A stretch of 46,848 bases of DNA from Ginkgo biloba (Eukaryota > Plantae > Ginkgophyta): the NCBI GenBank assembly GCA_024626585.2, contig JANKJI020000001.1:15363639-15410486 (forward strand). The letters run 5' to 3'. Shown here one piece after another: positions 12,310 to 25,574 of this stretch. A program made the position numbers and the translations under genes. The notes below the pieces were generated by a model, which saw only the letters and a list, made by a program, of their open reading frames with translations, had not been told where the DNA came from and ran no database searches. Position 1 is the first letter of the stretch, and the number at the start of each line of letters is the position of its first letter.

Positions 12310-12950
12310 GTTACATGAATTTATAACTTAGCTGCCAAATGTTGTAGGGGGTGAAGCACCGATAACATAGTGATTTAATAGTCTTTAAATTGTAGATATG
12401 ACTTGCATGTCTACCATTGATCCCTCCCTTACTGCAATAAACTGCATTAAATTATTCAACAAAGAACACTAGAGAAATTGTTAACTTCTTCTTCCCATGG
12501 AAATTTGGCCTTAGGAGGATGATGCCTACCGAGATCCCAATATAGTAGTGTTGATGCCCTCTTTACAAAGCTTCCCTATCTACCTCTAATCATTCCTTGT
12601 TATGCCTTGTGAATTCTACCAAGCTTCCTATAAGCCCATCTAATGCAATTTTCCCTTTCAAGTTCTAGATTCTAACTATCTTGATTTGGATTTATCATAG
12701 AAGTGGGAACCCTTTCCATAGTTGAGATTATATCTTTGCTTTCATCTAAATCACCATGGAAGTGTAGTGTGTAGAGAAATGATATAGTCAATGATAGTGT
12801 AAATTCTATTTATCATCTTTCCTAATGTTCAAATTTAATATTTGGGGAGGCCCATTATTTAAGTAATTGATTATATTGGCTCCTAATATTTTTAAGTGTT
12901 AAATGTTAAATTTTTATATAGAGGGTCTACATGATTAAGAACCATTTTTT
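12310..12950 (-). pseudogene. Unidentified degenerate ORF, copy 2 (more decayed)
   Basis: Nucleotide blocks shared with copy 1 (TCTTGATTTGGATTTRTCATA; CTAATGTTCAAATYTAATAYTTGGGG; TTAAGAACC). Peptides LNIRKDD, FPLL**IQIK, IGSLVEFTRHNKE, HQHYY and IKSLC align with copy 1. Confidence 0.6.
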
Positions 12951-13864
12951 TAATGTNNNNNNNNNNNNNNNNNNNNNNNNNNNNNNNNNNNNNNNNNNNN
13001 NNNNNNNNNNNNNNNNNNNNNNNNNNNNNNNNNNNNNNNNNNNNNNNNNNNNNNNNGAGAAGGTGATCACCCCCTTGGGTTTGTTAAACTGTTTCCTCTA
13101 CAATTTCAATAACAAATCCTCCAGCAATTGAGCATGTGCATCAAGGGAGATAAGCCATGATAAGACTACTAACCAATTAATAAATTCCATATACTCCCTT
13201 CTCTAATTGAGATCTTCTCACTTGTTAGAAAGAAGGGAATCCTTAAATAATATACCTATTCTTGTTCTATTTGAGTAATAAATACTCCTCCAAGAGATGA
13301 ATGAGGACCCAACATACACTATTAACCACACATTAAGTATTATAATATGAAAAATATTCTAGTAATATTATTATCCTCATGTGTTTATAGAATTTAGTAT
13401 AGGATAATTATCAATTCTAGCTTTTAGTGGATAGGTGTGTCTATTATGATCCTAGTTATCATTAATTAATAAATAATTAATAGTCAAGAATATTAATTTA
13501 AGAGAAAGGGCATACGATGAAGAGGTGCCTCATAATAAGAACCTCCTTGACATTTTATAACTTATATATAAGTCAGTCAACCCACATTGTATCATCTCAT
13601 ATAATCAATTCATCATCTCTTTTACTTTTCTCTTCTTCTAAGAAGACGTTTCTCCTTTAAAAAGTAGGTGCTCCCAATTTAGATGCCTATTGTGGATAAT
13701 AGGTGTCCCACACCCTTCTTATTCTCTTATTATTGTTCTTATTAGATTATTCATATAATTATTATCTATTAATTGTTAATTTCTCTATATTATTAAGTAG
13801 TTTTCTTGTTTGGGAAAGTACAAGTTCTATAGGAGCATTAATAGTCTTAGATCGAGAAGGGTAT

Positions 13865-14284
13865 ATGGTACTTACAAGAAAACAAAAAGAAATAGAGGAA
13901 AAAGGCAAAATACCAGAATGGCATACCCCTACCTATGAGAAATTGGATTTCAAGATCAACGATATTGACATCAAGTTGGATAAGAAGATGAATGCAATAC
14001 GCGCCAAGATGAACATAGTAGATGCCAAGATCAAACTAATCCTCGAACAACTTAGCCCATTACCATAAGGTATTAGCAAGAGTTCATGTGATTGGACACT
14101 TTTACACCAAGAACAAGAGGACACCTAGGAGCTACAAAGAAAAACTAATGACAATCGAGGCCACGTCATCCAAGGAAGTACTAGAAGAATCACATATAAC
14201 TTGTAGTTAAAAATCCCAAACTATAGCTTCAATGATCTAATTGAACCACACGAATGAGTCAATAAGCCAAACTTAGCCTATGAC
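13865..14284 (+). mobile_element. Gypsy gag N-terminal remnant (MVLTRKQKEIEEKGK...), copy 1
   Basis: Gag-like MVLTR start followed by a coiled coil; a related copy begins at 14,385 after a gap. Confidence 0.55.
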
Positions 14285-14384
14285 NNNNNNNNNNNNNNNN
14301 NNNNNNNNNNNNNNNNNNNNNNNNNNNNNNNNNNNNNNNNNNNNNNNNNNNNNNNNNNNNNNNNNNNNNNNNNNNNNNNNNNNN

Positions 14385-14664
14385 ACTTACAAGAAAACAA
14401 AAAGAAATGGAAGAAAAGGAAAAAAGACTATAATGGTATATAATTATCTATGATAAACTAAATTCTAATATTAATAATATCAACATCAAGTTGAATAATT
14501 AGATGAGTATAATAGAAGCTAAGTTTAAGTAAATCCTCAAACGACTTGGCTAATTATCAATAGTTATAAGTAAAATATCAAGAAACTAAGGTGAGTGAAA
14601 ATTAGGATTAATAGAATGATCCCAAGCCAACAAAACCAATGTGCCATAGGAGAAAAGATAAAAG
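14385..14664 (+). mobile_element. Gag remnant copy 2, interrupted by the 14,665-21,010 insertion
   Basis: ACTTACAAGAAAACAAAAAGAAAT is shared with the copy at about 13,870. Joining across the TSD gives ..KDK-IEGKTCYCYKEPW, resembling the gag-end motif C..C.E.W. Confidence 0.6.
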
Positions 14665-15522
14665 TAATATATCATAGGACACATAGAATCCTAGTATTTG
14701 GTCTTATGGTGGTCTAGCCTTATAGGAATATGAGCAAAAGGAATCCTAGGTAAGGATAATTCCCTTATTATTATTTATTAAATGGGATTTTTCTCTTCCA
14801 TTATTTTATCCTATTAGTTTTTATATACTTATTGGTGCATATAGGCTCCTTACATTGATAAGTCCCTTCGTAGACCATGGTAGACTTCCACTGCATTGGT
14901 AAGATTACATGAGTGGTACATGAGTATGATGTGCATGGCTCTCCACTCTATTTTGAGAATGTTTGGGATCCTTATAAGGATGCCTTATGATATGTATTTT
15001 GATACATATATTCTTCTCCTTATTGAATTACTGCAAGTTTGAAGTCTTAAATATTGTCTTTAATTTTTTGGATTCTTGTCCCAAAGGTTTTATTGGGAAT
15101 ATTTTTTCTATCACATCCATGTTTATGTAGGTTAAGATTTAATATAAATATCGAGCAACATAGTTGTATGTATGAATAATGCACGTTCATGTGATTATTT
15201 TTTCTAACTTTTGGCTTTGAGAAAAAGATGTGATGCTCCATTAGGAGAAGGTGTACTACTTGATAGAAAATGTACGGTACTTAGGAGAAGGAGTGGTGTT
15301 CGACTATACATAACATAAAATCTACCTAAGAGCTAGATTTTATAGTTGGCATGAAATTTTTTCTTTGAACTTGAAGTACTAAGGTCACCTATACCTCTTT
15401 TACCTATTTGTGTTGATCAAGTGATTGTAGCCTATGGTTGTTATTAATGTAGACCAATTTCCTCTTTCTTTTTCTCATGTAAGAATTTCTAAGTTATAAA
15501 TTCTAATAATTTCATTACATCA
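14665..15522 (+). repeat. 5' LTR (about 860 bp)
   Basis: TAATA...CATTACATCA; colinear with 20,127-21,010 (e.g. AAGGATAATTCCCTTATTATTATTTATTAAAT, CTCTCCACTCTATTTTGAGAAT). Confidence 0.85.
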
Positions 15523-16982
15523 ATTGCTATCATAGTAGTTTTCTCTTAGGTGAGAATTATTTTTCTATTATTTTAGATTGCTATGGTCAATACACAATTT
15601 ATGATAAGGATTATAAGTCAAGTCCTAGACATGGAAAATATTTTTAACCATATTAAAAAATCAATTGAGGCTTTAGCATATCCAATTCCTCAATTAATCA
15701 TTGGGATACCTTTAGAGGATGAATAGGATTAGAACCATATTATGATTATGAAGAAGGAACACGAGTGTATAACGTAGGCTAGATTCATCTCATAGTGACA
15801 AAAATAAAGAGGGAGTAAAAATATACTCAACATATGATGAATGAGTTAGTGAGCCTCATGGCTTAATTTCAAACTCAATGTAAAACATTGACATTATATT
15901 CCTTTGGTTTAAATTATTCTCCTCCTCTTCTTCCTCTATGTTTTATCTCATTTTGGTACTTCTCATGTATAAACTCCATCTTCTCCTCTTGTAAATCCAA
16001 CCTTAGAATTGAACTCTTTCTAGGTGGAATATAAGGTAGATATAAAAAAAATTGATGAAAATATGGATACTAAATCTCTTGAGTCTTTTATTTAGTATTT
16101 GGAAGTTTATTATTCTTGTCAAAGTTATACTGATATGAAAAAAATTATATTTACCAATCGTAAGATGTTTAGGAAATCATTGTTATGGTGGGAAACCTTT
16201 TATTGAGAGAGGCAATAGGATAATAAAGAAATTATTTCTTCTTGGATAGATTTTAGGAAAGATCTAGGCCTAATTTTTATCCTTTAGTATATGAAGATGA
16301 AGTATATCTAATATGGTAACATTTGAGATAGAAGGCAGGGTAGCCATTATCTAATTATTATGAGGAATATAAAGACTTGGACATCTTTCTTAAAATTATG
16401 AAGCCTAAATAAAATTAAGTTTTAAAATTTATAGGAGGCCTTCACACACCAACTTCATCATTAAATTAAAATATTTCCTTTACATTCCTTGCATGAGGCC
16501 TACAATTTTTATTTTAAGGTTAATGTGAGAAAGTAAATGTTCCAACTCTTTCATGGAAAGGGTAAGACTAAGGATAATGTGCTAGCCTAACCAGGAGGGG
16601 GATAACATATGGTTCTATGGGGTCTAAACTTATTGAGGAGGCTATGACCATAAGGAATCTATTGGAGAGTTTTTACTATATTGGATTTTCTCTCACTNNN
16701 NNNNNNNNNNNNNNNNNNNNNNNNNNNNNNNNNNNNNNNNNNNNNNNNNNNNNNNNNNNNNNNNNNNNNNNNNNNNNNNNNNNNNNNNNNNNNNNNNCAA
16801 TATTTAATCTAGAAGGAAAACATCAATATATTTAGAGGAAAATCCTAAGAAGAATCTTACTCTCATTATCATCCTCATTTGGTTCTTCTAGAACTTCTTC
16901 AAGAAGTTGAGGTAAGAGGAAGGAGTATAGAAAGAAGAAATAAATTTCTTCAAGGAATAATAAGTATAATAGGTCAAGGACA

Positions 16983-17240
16983 TGTTCACACTGTGGAAAT
17001 AAAGGACACGGCGAGGATCAATGTTATAATCTTCATCTAGAGAATCCACTAGATGCATTACAATAATAGAATCATAGAGAAACTAAACTGAAGGATTTTA
17101 TTGTCACTTTAGATGATCCATATCCTACTCTAGTTATTTTTAACAAAAAAGATGAGAATATATATAGGTAAGGTTGATTTATATTTCAATTTAAAGTAAA
17201 GGATAGAGTAATTTTAGGTATTCTTAATAGTGGTAGCCAA
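16983..17240 (+). pseudogene. Gag CCHC zinc knuckle and aspartic protease active-site remnant
   Basis: CSHCGNKGHGEDQC (16,983-17,024) and ILNSGSQ (17,220-17,240; decayed ILDSGSQ). A second decayed gag-PR copy lies at about 19,180-20,000. Confidence 0.85.
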
Positions 17241-20126
17241 AAAATCTTGGTTTCTGCTAGTTTTGTCAAAGAGTTGGGATTAGACCTTAAGGACTATCCT
17301 AATCCTTATTAAATTAATGGAACAAATAGGGAGGAGAATGATTGAGTTACACATTTGTGTACTATCAAATTTATGATCACTAAGTATTTCATTTAGGAGG
17401 TTACTTGTGGCATAGTTCTCATGGATTTCACTAGTGTCTTATTGAGAATTCCATTTTTTATTGATAGGAAGGCCACAATCATTTATTACTTGGATAAATA
17501 TGATATTATGAAATATGGAGAGCCTCTCATTCTCAAAATAATTTTAATTTCTAATTCAACTACTTTTATTTCTAGTATGAAGGATAAGCAAGTGGTACAA
17601 GCTTCTAGCAAGTTTATTTTGATGACAAATGGAAAAGATATTAGATCAAAATTAGATATAGTTGTTGACTAGTCCTATCAACCATCATTTCCTATTGGAA
17701 GGATTATAGGTCCCATGTTTTATTTAGAATCTTATCTTATTGGAAGGTAAGGTCACTACCCACATGACGTTATGTGGGTACCTTTGGATAAGTTGAGGAA
17801 GGAGTCTTCACATCTTATGGATCAAGCAATAGGGTGAATTTCTTCCCTAAGGGTAAGGAAGTGATGTGTCATAGTATGGACACACTCATTTCTTACTTGT
17901 ATAAGTTTAAGATTATGAAATATGGACAACCTTTCATTCTTACAATGGTTCCAATTTTTAAGTTGACTACTTTGGTTTTTAATGTGAAGGATAAGCGAGT
18001 GGTATAAGATTCTAGGAAGTTTATTTTGATAAAAAAAATATTGGACCAAAATTAGAGATAGTTATGGATCGAAAGGATTATAGGTCCCATGTTTGATTTG
18101 TACTCTTCTCTTGTAGGAAGGAAGGGTCACTACCCATACTAGGCTAGGTGGGTACCTTTGGATAAGTTAAGGAAGGAGTCTTCACATCTTATGGATCAAG
18201 CAATGGGGTGCATTTATTCCCTAAGGGGAAGNNNNNNNNNNNNNNNNNNNNNNNNNNNNNNNNNNNNNNNNNNNNNNNNNNNNNNNNNNNNNNNNNNNNN
18301 NNNNNNNNNCATAGGGAATATATTGGAGAGTTTATATTATATTGGGTTTTCTCTTACTATTTCATCCCTCATTCTCTTTCTTTATTAACTATGGGATAAT
18401 TATGAACACTATATATGCAAGGGAATATTAATATTCTTAGTCATGCTTATTATTTCCATTTTCTATTCTTTTTGAGGTTAGCATAGATTGGTTGTGGAGT
18501 TCATGGCATTTTCCCTTTAAAATATTGCTAAATATGGTTAAGTATTGTCATATAAAAGATCCATTATCTTATATTTTCACAACATTGTATATTATAATAT
18601 TTTTCTCCCAAGTCTTATGACTTGTGCAAAGAATTCATGTGGATTAATAGAGAGAGATTTTATTTCTTATCTAATTGATCTTGTAAAGTTTATGTTTGTT
18701 GTTGCTTATAATTTTGTATAAGATTATACTAAGATGTTATGGTCCAATTCAATAGTGCACAGAGAATCTCTTTGGATATTTTACAAGTGTTTACAAGATT
18801 CAATAGGTGAGTATAGATTATTGTCTTGGGAAATATGCAAGGATGCAAGGTTTTTGAATCTCTATTCATATTTTTAGCTTCTATAGGTCGTATCTTGTAA
18901 TTGCACATAGTACCACATAGTCACATATTCCAAAGATACGCACTAACATAAAAATAATTTTATGCATTCCATATAGGTGATCACTAACATGATTTTATCT
19001 GCAATCATGTGCACTTACATAGTGTTACAAAAATTACTATACAGAGAGTAGAATTTTCCATATATGAGGATATTAAGCTATAATCTAGTGATTTTAGGAT
19101 ATTATAGATAGTGTAGTATATATCATACCCTTTCATTCCAATCAATTATTTTTCATATCTTTAATATCCTCTAATTACAAAGTAGGTGCAACAAAGGCTT
19201 CTTCTATCTCCTATACCTCATCCACTTCATCTACCTCATCTAATTCTTCTAATACTTTCTATAGTAAAAGAGGTAGGAGGAAGAGAGGTTATAATGAGAA
19301 AAAGATTTTTAGGAAGAAGAAAAGTTATGATAGGTCAAATACATATTAACACTATGGTAAGTGGGATATGTTGTAGTCCATTCTTATAATATTCATCTAA
19401 AAAATGAGATCTCTACATCATCAAAATTATAGAGAAAAGAGGAAAATATCAAAGGTTACCATAACTTAAAATGATATAGACCTCATAATTTCCCTTGTTC
19501 GCACAAAATGCAATAATAAATATTAGAAAATCCTATTCACATTATACTTATAGGTTAATTATAGGATTGTACCAACTATTCTTAATAATAACTACCAGGA
19601 GAACTTTGTTTTATCTACTATGGTCAAGGATTTGGGGATAGATCTTAAGGAGCACCATAACCCTTATGATATCAATGCTTGAAACTGATATGAGATTTAT
19701 TGTGTTACCCATTGGTATGGTTTTTGGTTTGTAATGATTGGGGAATATATTTATAAGTTTGCATGTGATGTAGTGCCTATGGATTATATTAGTATAATAT
19801 TTGGAATATTATTTTTGTTTGACAAGAAGGATACTATTATTCCTTATCTAGGAAAGTGTGAGTTGATGAAGGACAAAGAAAATTTCATCCTTAAATCAAT
19901 TTAGATACCTAAGTATATTATCTTGGTCATTAGTGAATAGGACAAGTAGGTGGTATAAGATTCTAGAAGTTTTATTTTGACTACACTTGGGAAGGATTCT
20001 AAGTCAAGTTTGGATACATGAAGATAATTATAGACACTACCTTCTACTTTGGATAGGTTATAGACTTAGATGGATCAATTTATAGATAAAGCAATAGGAC
20101 CCAATTCCTCTAAAGGGGAGAGGAAT

Positions 20127-21010
20127 TGATGCTTTATAGGACACATAGAAGCCTAACACTAGGTCTCATGGTGGTATATACTTAGAGGTATATTACCAAA
20201 GAGAATTCTATCCAAGGATAATTCCCTTATTATTATTTATTAAATAGGAATTTTTTCCACCATTTTTTTCTCCTATTAATTGTTATAGTCTTATTAGTAC
20301 ATATCGAATTCTTGCATGTATAAATCACTTAGGATACTATTGTAGACTTCAATTACATGAGAAAGATTACATAATTACATGAGTGGTTCATAAGCATATT
20401 GTGCATATCTCTCCACTCTATTTTGAGAATATTTAGGATTGTTATAACGATGCCTTAGGCTATGTATTTTGGTACATGTATTCTTCTCCTTATTAAATTA
20501 CTACAAGTTTGAAGTTTTAAATATTGTCTTTTAATTTTTATATTCTTATCTCAAATATTTTTTTATATTCTTTATCTTATTTAAAATATTTCTCACTATC
20601 ACACCTAAAATTTTGTAGGTCAAGATTTGGTTTGAACCTCGAGCAACACAATCACACATATAGAGGTTGCACATTTGTGCAATAAGTTCTTTTGAATTTT
20701 GACTTTGAGGAAAAGGCGCAATGATCTATTAGGAGAAGGTATGATTCCCGATGGAAAAAGGCATGGTGCTCAAGAGAAGGAACAATGCTTAACTATTCAT
20801 AACTAGAACATCATTTGAGAGCCAAATTTTAAAGTTAGGAATGTTTTTTTATTTAGAACATAACCACTAAGGTCACCCATACCTATTTTAGATATATATG
20901 TTGATTAGGTGCTTATAGCCCATGGTTTTAATTTATGAAAACTAATTTCTTGTTACTTCTAATCATGTGAGAATTCCTAAGTTGTGAATTCTACTTGATT
21001 CATTACATAA
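20127..21010 (+). repeat. 3' LTR (about 885 bp)
   Basis: TGATG...CATTACATAA directly after the PPT; aligns end to end with the 5' LTR. Confidence 0.85.
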
Positions 21011-22399
21011 AGAAGATTGAAGGAAAGACATGTTATTGCTATAAAGAACCATGGTTCTATGATGAAAAGTACACCCAAAATAAGTTATTTATGGAAGAGG
21101 CTCAAAGGGAGTTAGAGGATAAAATAGAGAATGAAGATATATCTATAGAAGAATAGGAGGTAGAGAAAACCTAGAACAATAATGACATCATTGATGATAT
21201 AATTGAAGAACTCAACCCCTCCAAAATAGAATTTATAGAGATATCATAAGAATATGAAGTGTGCAACAATCTTCATGGAAATATGAAACATCTTAGAGGT
21301 TCATATAGAATCTAGATTACTAAGGAAGGTTTGAAGAGAATACAAGATGACAAGGGTAGATCTTATGGAGAAAATAAAAAAAGGGTTTTCTAGTCATAAA
21401 AAAAATCAAACTTGAGAAAATAATTAGAGAGAACAAGGAAAATGTTATTTCATCTCTTCTATCCCTATCCCATATAGGTGTAAGAATCATGTAGAAAAAT
21501 AATATATAGAGAGAAAAATTACTATTATTGTATATTCATAATATGTATTCACAATGAAGTTCTTATATAGTTGTGTAGTGGGATCCTTAGTTATATAAAT
21601 ATGCAAGAGATCAAAGGAATAGATCTATTTTTTATAATTAAAAAACATCATTATGCTTCTCTATATTTTCATAAAGTATTAGGATCGTTGGATAAAGTAA
21701 ACTAGAAATCTATAAGTAATAAACTTGAAGGAATAATTAAAGCAACAACTATGCCATTTGATCTAAAAAAATCAAAGGTTGGAAATTAGAGGAAGAAGTT
21801 GACTAGTATAGGATAAAAGATAAAAGAGATAAGTAATAGATTTCATAATTCAACTCCATATGAAGAAGAAAAAAAATACAATATATAGGAATATGAGAAA
21901 TTGAGATCTTTCTATGTGTAGTTGAGTAATAACATTTATGGTGAATCTAGAGCCAAGCCTTGGGATTCTCATACTCTAAGATTTACTGAGCAATATGAGC
22001 TGAAACTCACTAAAATTTCAAGAAAATTCAGGAAGTGCCCAAACAACCTAGATGATAATTCAAATGTCCTATGTATAGGTGCTTGATGAAAGATCCTATA
22101 TAGTATAAGTGAAGAGAAGTTCCCCTTTTTGAAAGTTTATCATTAGATTTATAATAATATTTAACATGTCCTCTAATATGAGAATGAAGGATATCTAGAT
22201 AAAAAAATCCTATGCTTCATAATAGTGAATAAAATAAAAAAATAAATGGCAAAGATGGATGTTGTTGAACTCAATTCTTCATAATTGATGGATAAAAGAA
22301 ACTAAAATGTTCTCAAATGTCAAAAGGAATTTAATATTAAATAAAAGAAAAAAAAATGAAACAAATAAAATAAAATATTAAAAAATAAAAAATAATCGA

Positions 22400-23060
22400 A
22401 GAAAAAACTTCTTCCATACTACTACCCTTAATTATTGCATATATTTACTAAAGAAAATATAAAAAGTGGAGAAATATAGTTGTCCTCCCTCATCCATCCA
22501 ATGAGAAATCAACTCCCATCTATAGAGTACACACTAATAATTGAAATTTTCAATAATAATTTTGATATTGGACATATCCATGACTATTCATCAATGGTGG
22601 ANNNNNNNNNNNNNNNNNNNNNNNNNNNNNNNNNNNNNNNNNNNNNNNNNNNNNNNNNNNNNNNNNNNNNNNNNNNNNNNNNNNNNNNNNNNNNNNNNNN
22701 NGCCATGACCTTACAAGTGAGGGTAGATCTTACTAAAGTGGTATCAATATAGTTGACCACACTAAAGAAGATTAAGCAGAAAAGAAAAGGTCATTTACAA
22801 TTAGACTTAGATATTTTAGAAGGATAAATTACCACTAAAGTCACTATTAAATTGATTATAATATTAACAACTAAGCTCACTCAATAAATAATAGAGATTG
22901 AAGATAAACTATCTATGTAAGAAAATTCATAGAACAAAAAGATCATCGATTTGGAAGAAAAAATAAAATTATTGAAGAAGGATTTTAATTCTTTTGACTT
23001 AAATAGAATTGGAAACCATATGACGGATTTTATAAAACATTTCAACATTTCTATGTAAGT
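22400..23060 (+). pseudogene. Unidentified coiled-coil ORF remnant, homologous to 33,280-33,660
   Basis: VDLTKVVSI*LTTLKKIKQKRKGHLQLDLDILEG*ITTKVTIKLII versus IDPSLKSILIVPSISLNKVKEKRKGNFNPFVYIFDDALTTRSTSQLII. Confidence 0.5.
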
Positions 23061-23799
23061 TTATAATGGGAAATTTCTACTTTATCTAATTAAAATAGAA
23101 ACCATACAACCATGCATCCTTTTTATATGTTTCATTGAATATAATATTTTTTGTTGAATCGACGATGAATGATAATGGATTTTCCTTTATCACTACATTT
23201 TTTCCCACACCAAGAATTTCCTATACTATGGCAATGTTCCTTTTCCATAATGTTCTTTTATTGAACCACACCTTTGCCTAACTATGACAGTGCACTTTTT
23301 CTTGTTCGTGTTTTTTGTAATCTTTTTTTGCATTTGTTATTCATTCCAATGATTTTGGTGCTTTTTTGTTTTAGATCTACCTATATTCACTTATGTATTT
23401 GTTATTTTAGGTTGGCATTTTCATTTTTTTTTTCATTTTATTTTATCTTTCTCAATTTTTAGTTTAGCCTTCTTCATAGATTTTCTATCATATATAGAGT
23501 TTCTATTTTGGGATCTCTATCACACGTATATTTCCCTTCTATATATATTTTTTTCATTTCAAAAATATTTATTTATATTCAATATATTTTAGGGACTTCT
23601 ATCATATATAGTCTCATATTTTACATTTCTATTCATTTTTAAAATATTTGTTTATGTTTATTTGTGTCCTCTTTTTAAGCAAGCAATTTTTAATTTTTCA
23701 TTTAATTTTTTTCTCTTTGTTAGGACACACATAATCCATTTCTCTTCACTAAAACATAACATGAGATTAATTAAAATTCATTAAAAACAACATAGTACA

Positions 23800-24164
23800 A
23801 GATCATTTTTTCTTCTATTAGGTTACACTCATATTTATAAGGGTGGGATTTATTCCATTAAACCATCCCACCATTAAAATAATCCTTGAAACATATAATT
23901 ATAGGATAAGTAGGATTGGGTTTGATCCTTATATATCATTTACTCATGGGGGTTAGAGAATTTAAATTATATCATTATATAACTAATAGATCTCTCCTTT
24001 TAGGAGGAAATAAATTGGTCCCTCATGGGATACTTGTCTTAGTGATAAATTATTTAATGAGTATATGATGAGTAATATTTCAACATCAAGGGTACAATTA
24101 CAGTATCATATTACTAACATATTGGAAGGAAATATGGCCCTAAGAATAACAATCCTCCACTCAA
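23800..24164 (-). mobile_element. Copia-like PPT and LTR start; related copy at about 29,790-29,990
   Basis: Minus strand reads TTGAGTGGAGGAT-TGTT (24,164 to 24,148). The block CTCCTTTTAGGRGGAAAT...GGTCCCT...ATGATGAGTAAT recurs at about 29,835-29,920. Far boundary not determined. Confidence 0.5.
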
Positions 24165-24207
24165 ACTTAATGGTGTAGCTTGGTACTTTGGTGTTCTAAG
24201 GCCCCAA

Positions 24208-24860
24208 TGTTGCCTTAATAAATTAATATAAGATTAATTCTTTTAGGATTATCTCAAACAGATGCACAATTCAGCTTTCACAATTGAGAATTCATTAGAA
24301 ATGGTAAAAATACTGAAAAAGTGCTAATTTGATAAATAATTATGTATTTTTAATAATAATTTAATTATATAAATGAATAAGGTGAAAATGGTTAGAGGAG
24401 ACACTCTGTCATCCAAAGGGGAGGGAGACACTCTGTCTTCCCAAAAGAACCTAGAAGCACTCTGCTTCTGAGGGGGAGGAAGGATTTCCTCAAAGAAGGG
24501 GTTGAACCACCTTGATATTGAATTCTGGAATGGATGATGATCAAATGAACTCGAAGTTGCCTTATTTATATCTCAAATCTCCAAGGGGCACGACTCTTCA
24601 GATTCGGGGTACAACCTTCAAGGTACCCTTTGACCCTTTCATTAGTACTAATTAAATATAATTAGTATTAATGATTATAGTTAAGGGTTTAAGCTTAGTT
24701 AGGGTTTATTAACCATAATTAAGCATAATTAAGGGTATTTAACCACAAATGAAATTTTAGGGTTTATTTCAAATTTTAAAATACTCTTGTAAGCTTCTGT
24801 TGTGACGTTGGGGCACAACATACCCTCCCCCTTAAAAAATGCTTTGCCCTCAAAGCATAT
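24208..24860 (-). mobile_element. Gypsy PPT plus 3' LTR
   Basis: Minus strand: TTTGAGGGCAAAGCATTTTTTAAGGGGGAGGGTA-TGTTGTG with the LTR starting at 24,820 and a possible end GGCAACA at 24,208. A second PPT-TGTT motif lies near 24,975. Confidence 0.6.
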
Positions 24861-25379
24861 GGAGGTTATGGTCATTATGTTCTAATCTTACTCTGGGCTT
24901 GTTTTATAATGGAGTTTACTTTGATCTCTCTTTATTGCATGCATACTTCATCATACCTCTTAAATTTGGAACATAACATCCCCTCCCTTCTCAAACGCTT
25001 CATCCTCGGAGCAGTATTGGAATGAATACAACTTTGTGTATTCCATATACCGACAACATTTAAATGTTTAATTTTATCTCTCGTTGTTTTGCGACCTATC
25101 TTTGAGCCAATAAAAGAATTCTCATGGCATATATAATGGATTTTTATATATGTAGCTCTAAAACTACGGTTTCACATTTATTTCTCTAACATTTTTCATG
25201 TAAAAATGTAAAATCTAATTTCAAGCAACTTATCGCTTGAATTCCCTAATGTTTCAACCTTTATTCCGAGAAACTTTTATTAACCCTCAAAATATTCTTA
25301 TATTTTAAAAGACATTTTAATTTTAATTTTACCTAAACTCTTAATATTTAAGAAAAATAAAATGACTGTTATATTTTGC

Positions 25380-25574
25380 ATGCCGCGAACGAAATGGATG
25401 CGACGGCTTCGAATGGGCACGAATCGTTGTTGAAACACCATAACTCCTTCTCACCAAATGGCCCTTGGAAGAGACCCATTATGGATGATCCAAACGGCTG
25501 TGGCATAATGGGAGGCGGTGATGTGTCTGGGCGTAGGCAGGCAGGGAGGTCGAGGGACCAGATCATGCGAATAG
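25380..25574. other. GC/CpG-rich fragment open on both strands, possibly an exon, cut by a gap
   Basis: Abrupt rise in GC and intact CpGs; the + frame reads MDATASNGHESLLKHHNSFSPNGPWKRPIMDD...; no recognisable motif. Confidence 0.3.

Larger units (their letters stand above)
14665..21010 (+). mobile_element. Non-autonomous or compound gypsy LTR retrotransposon (gag + protease, no RT or integrase core seen)
   Basis: Two alignable LTRs; PBS TGCTATCATAGT (15,525-15,536, close to tRNA-iMet TGGTATCAGAGC); PPT AAAGGGGAGAGGAA (20,112-20,125); 5-bp TSD AAAAG/AGAAG; zinc knuckle and protease motifs. Contains two N gaps. Confidence 0.8.
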
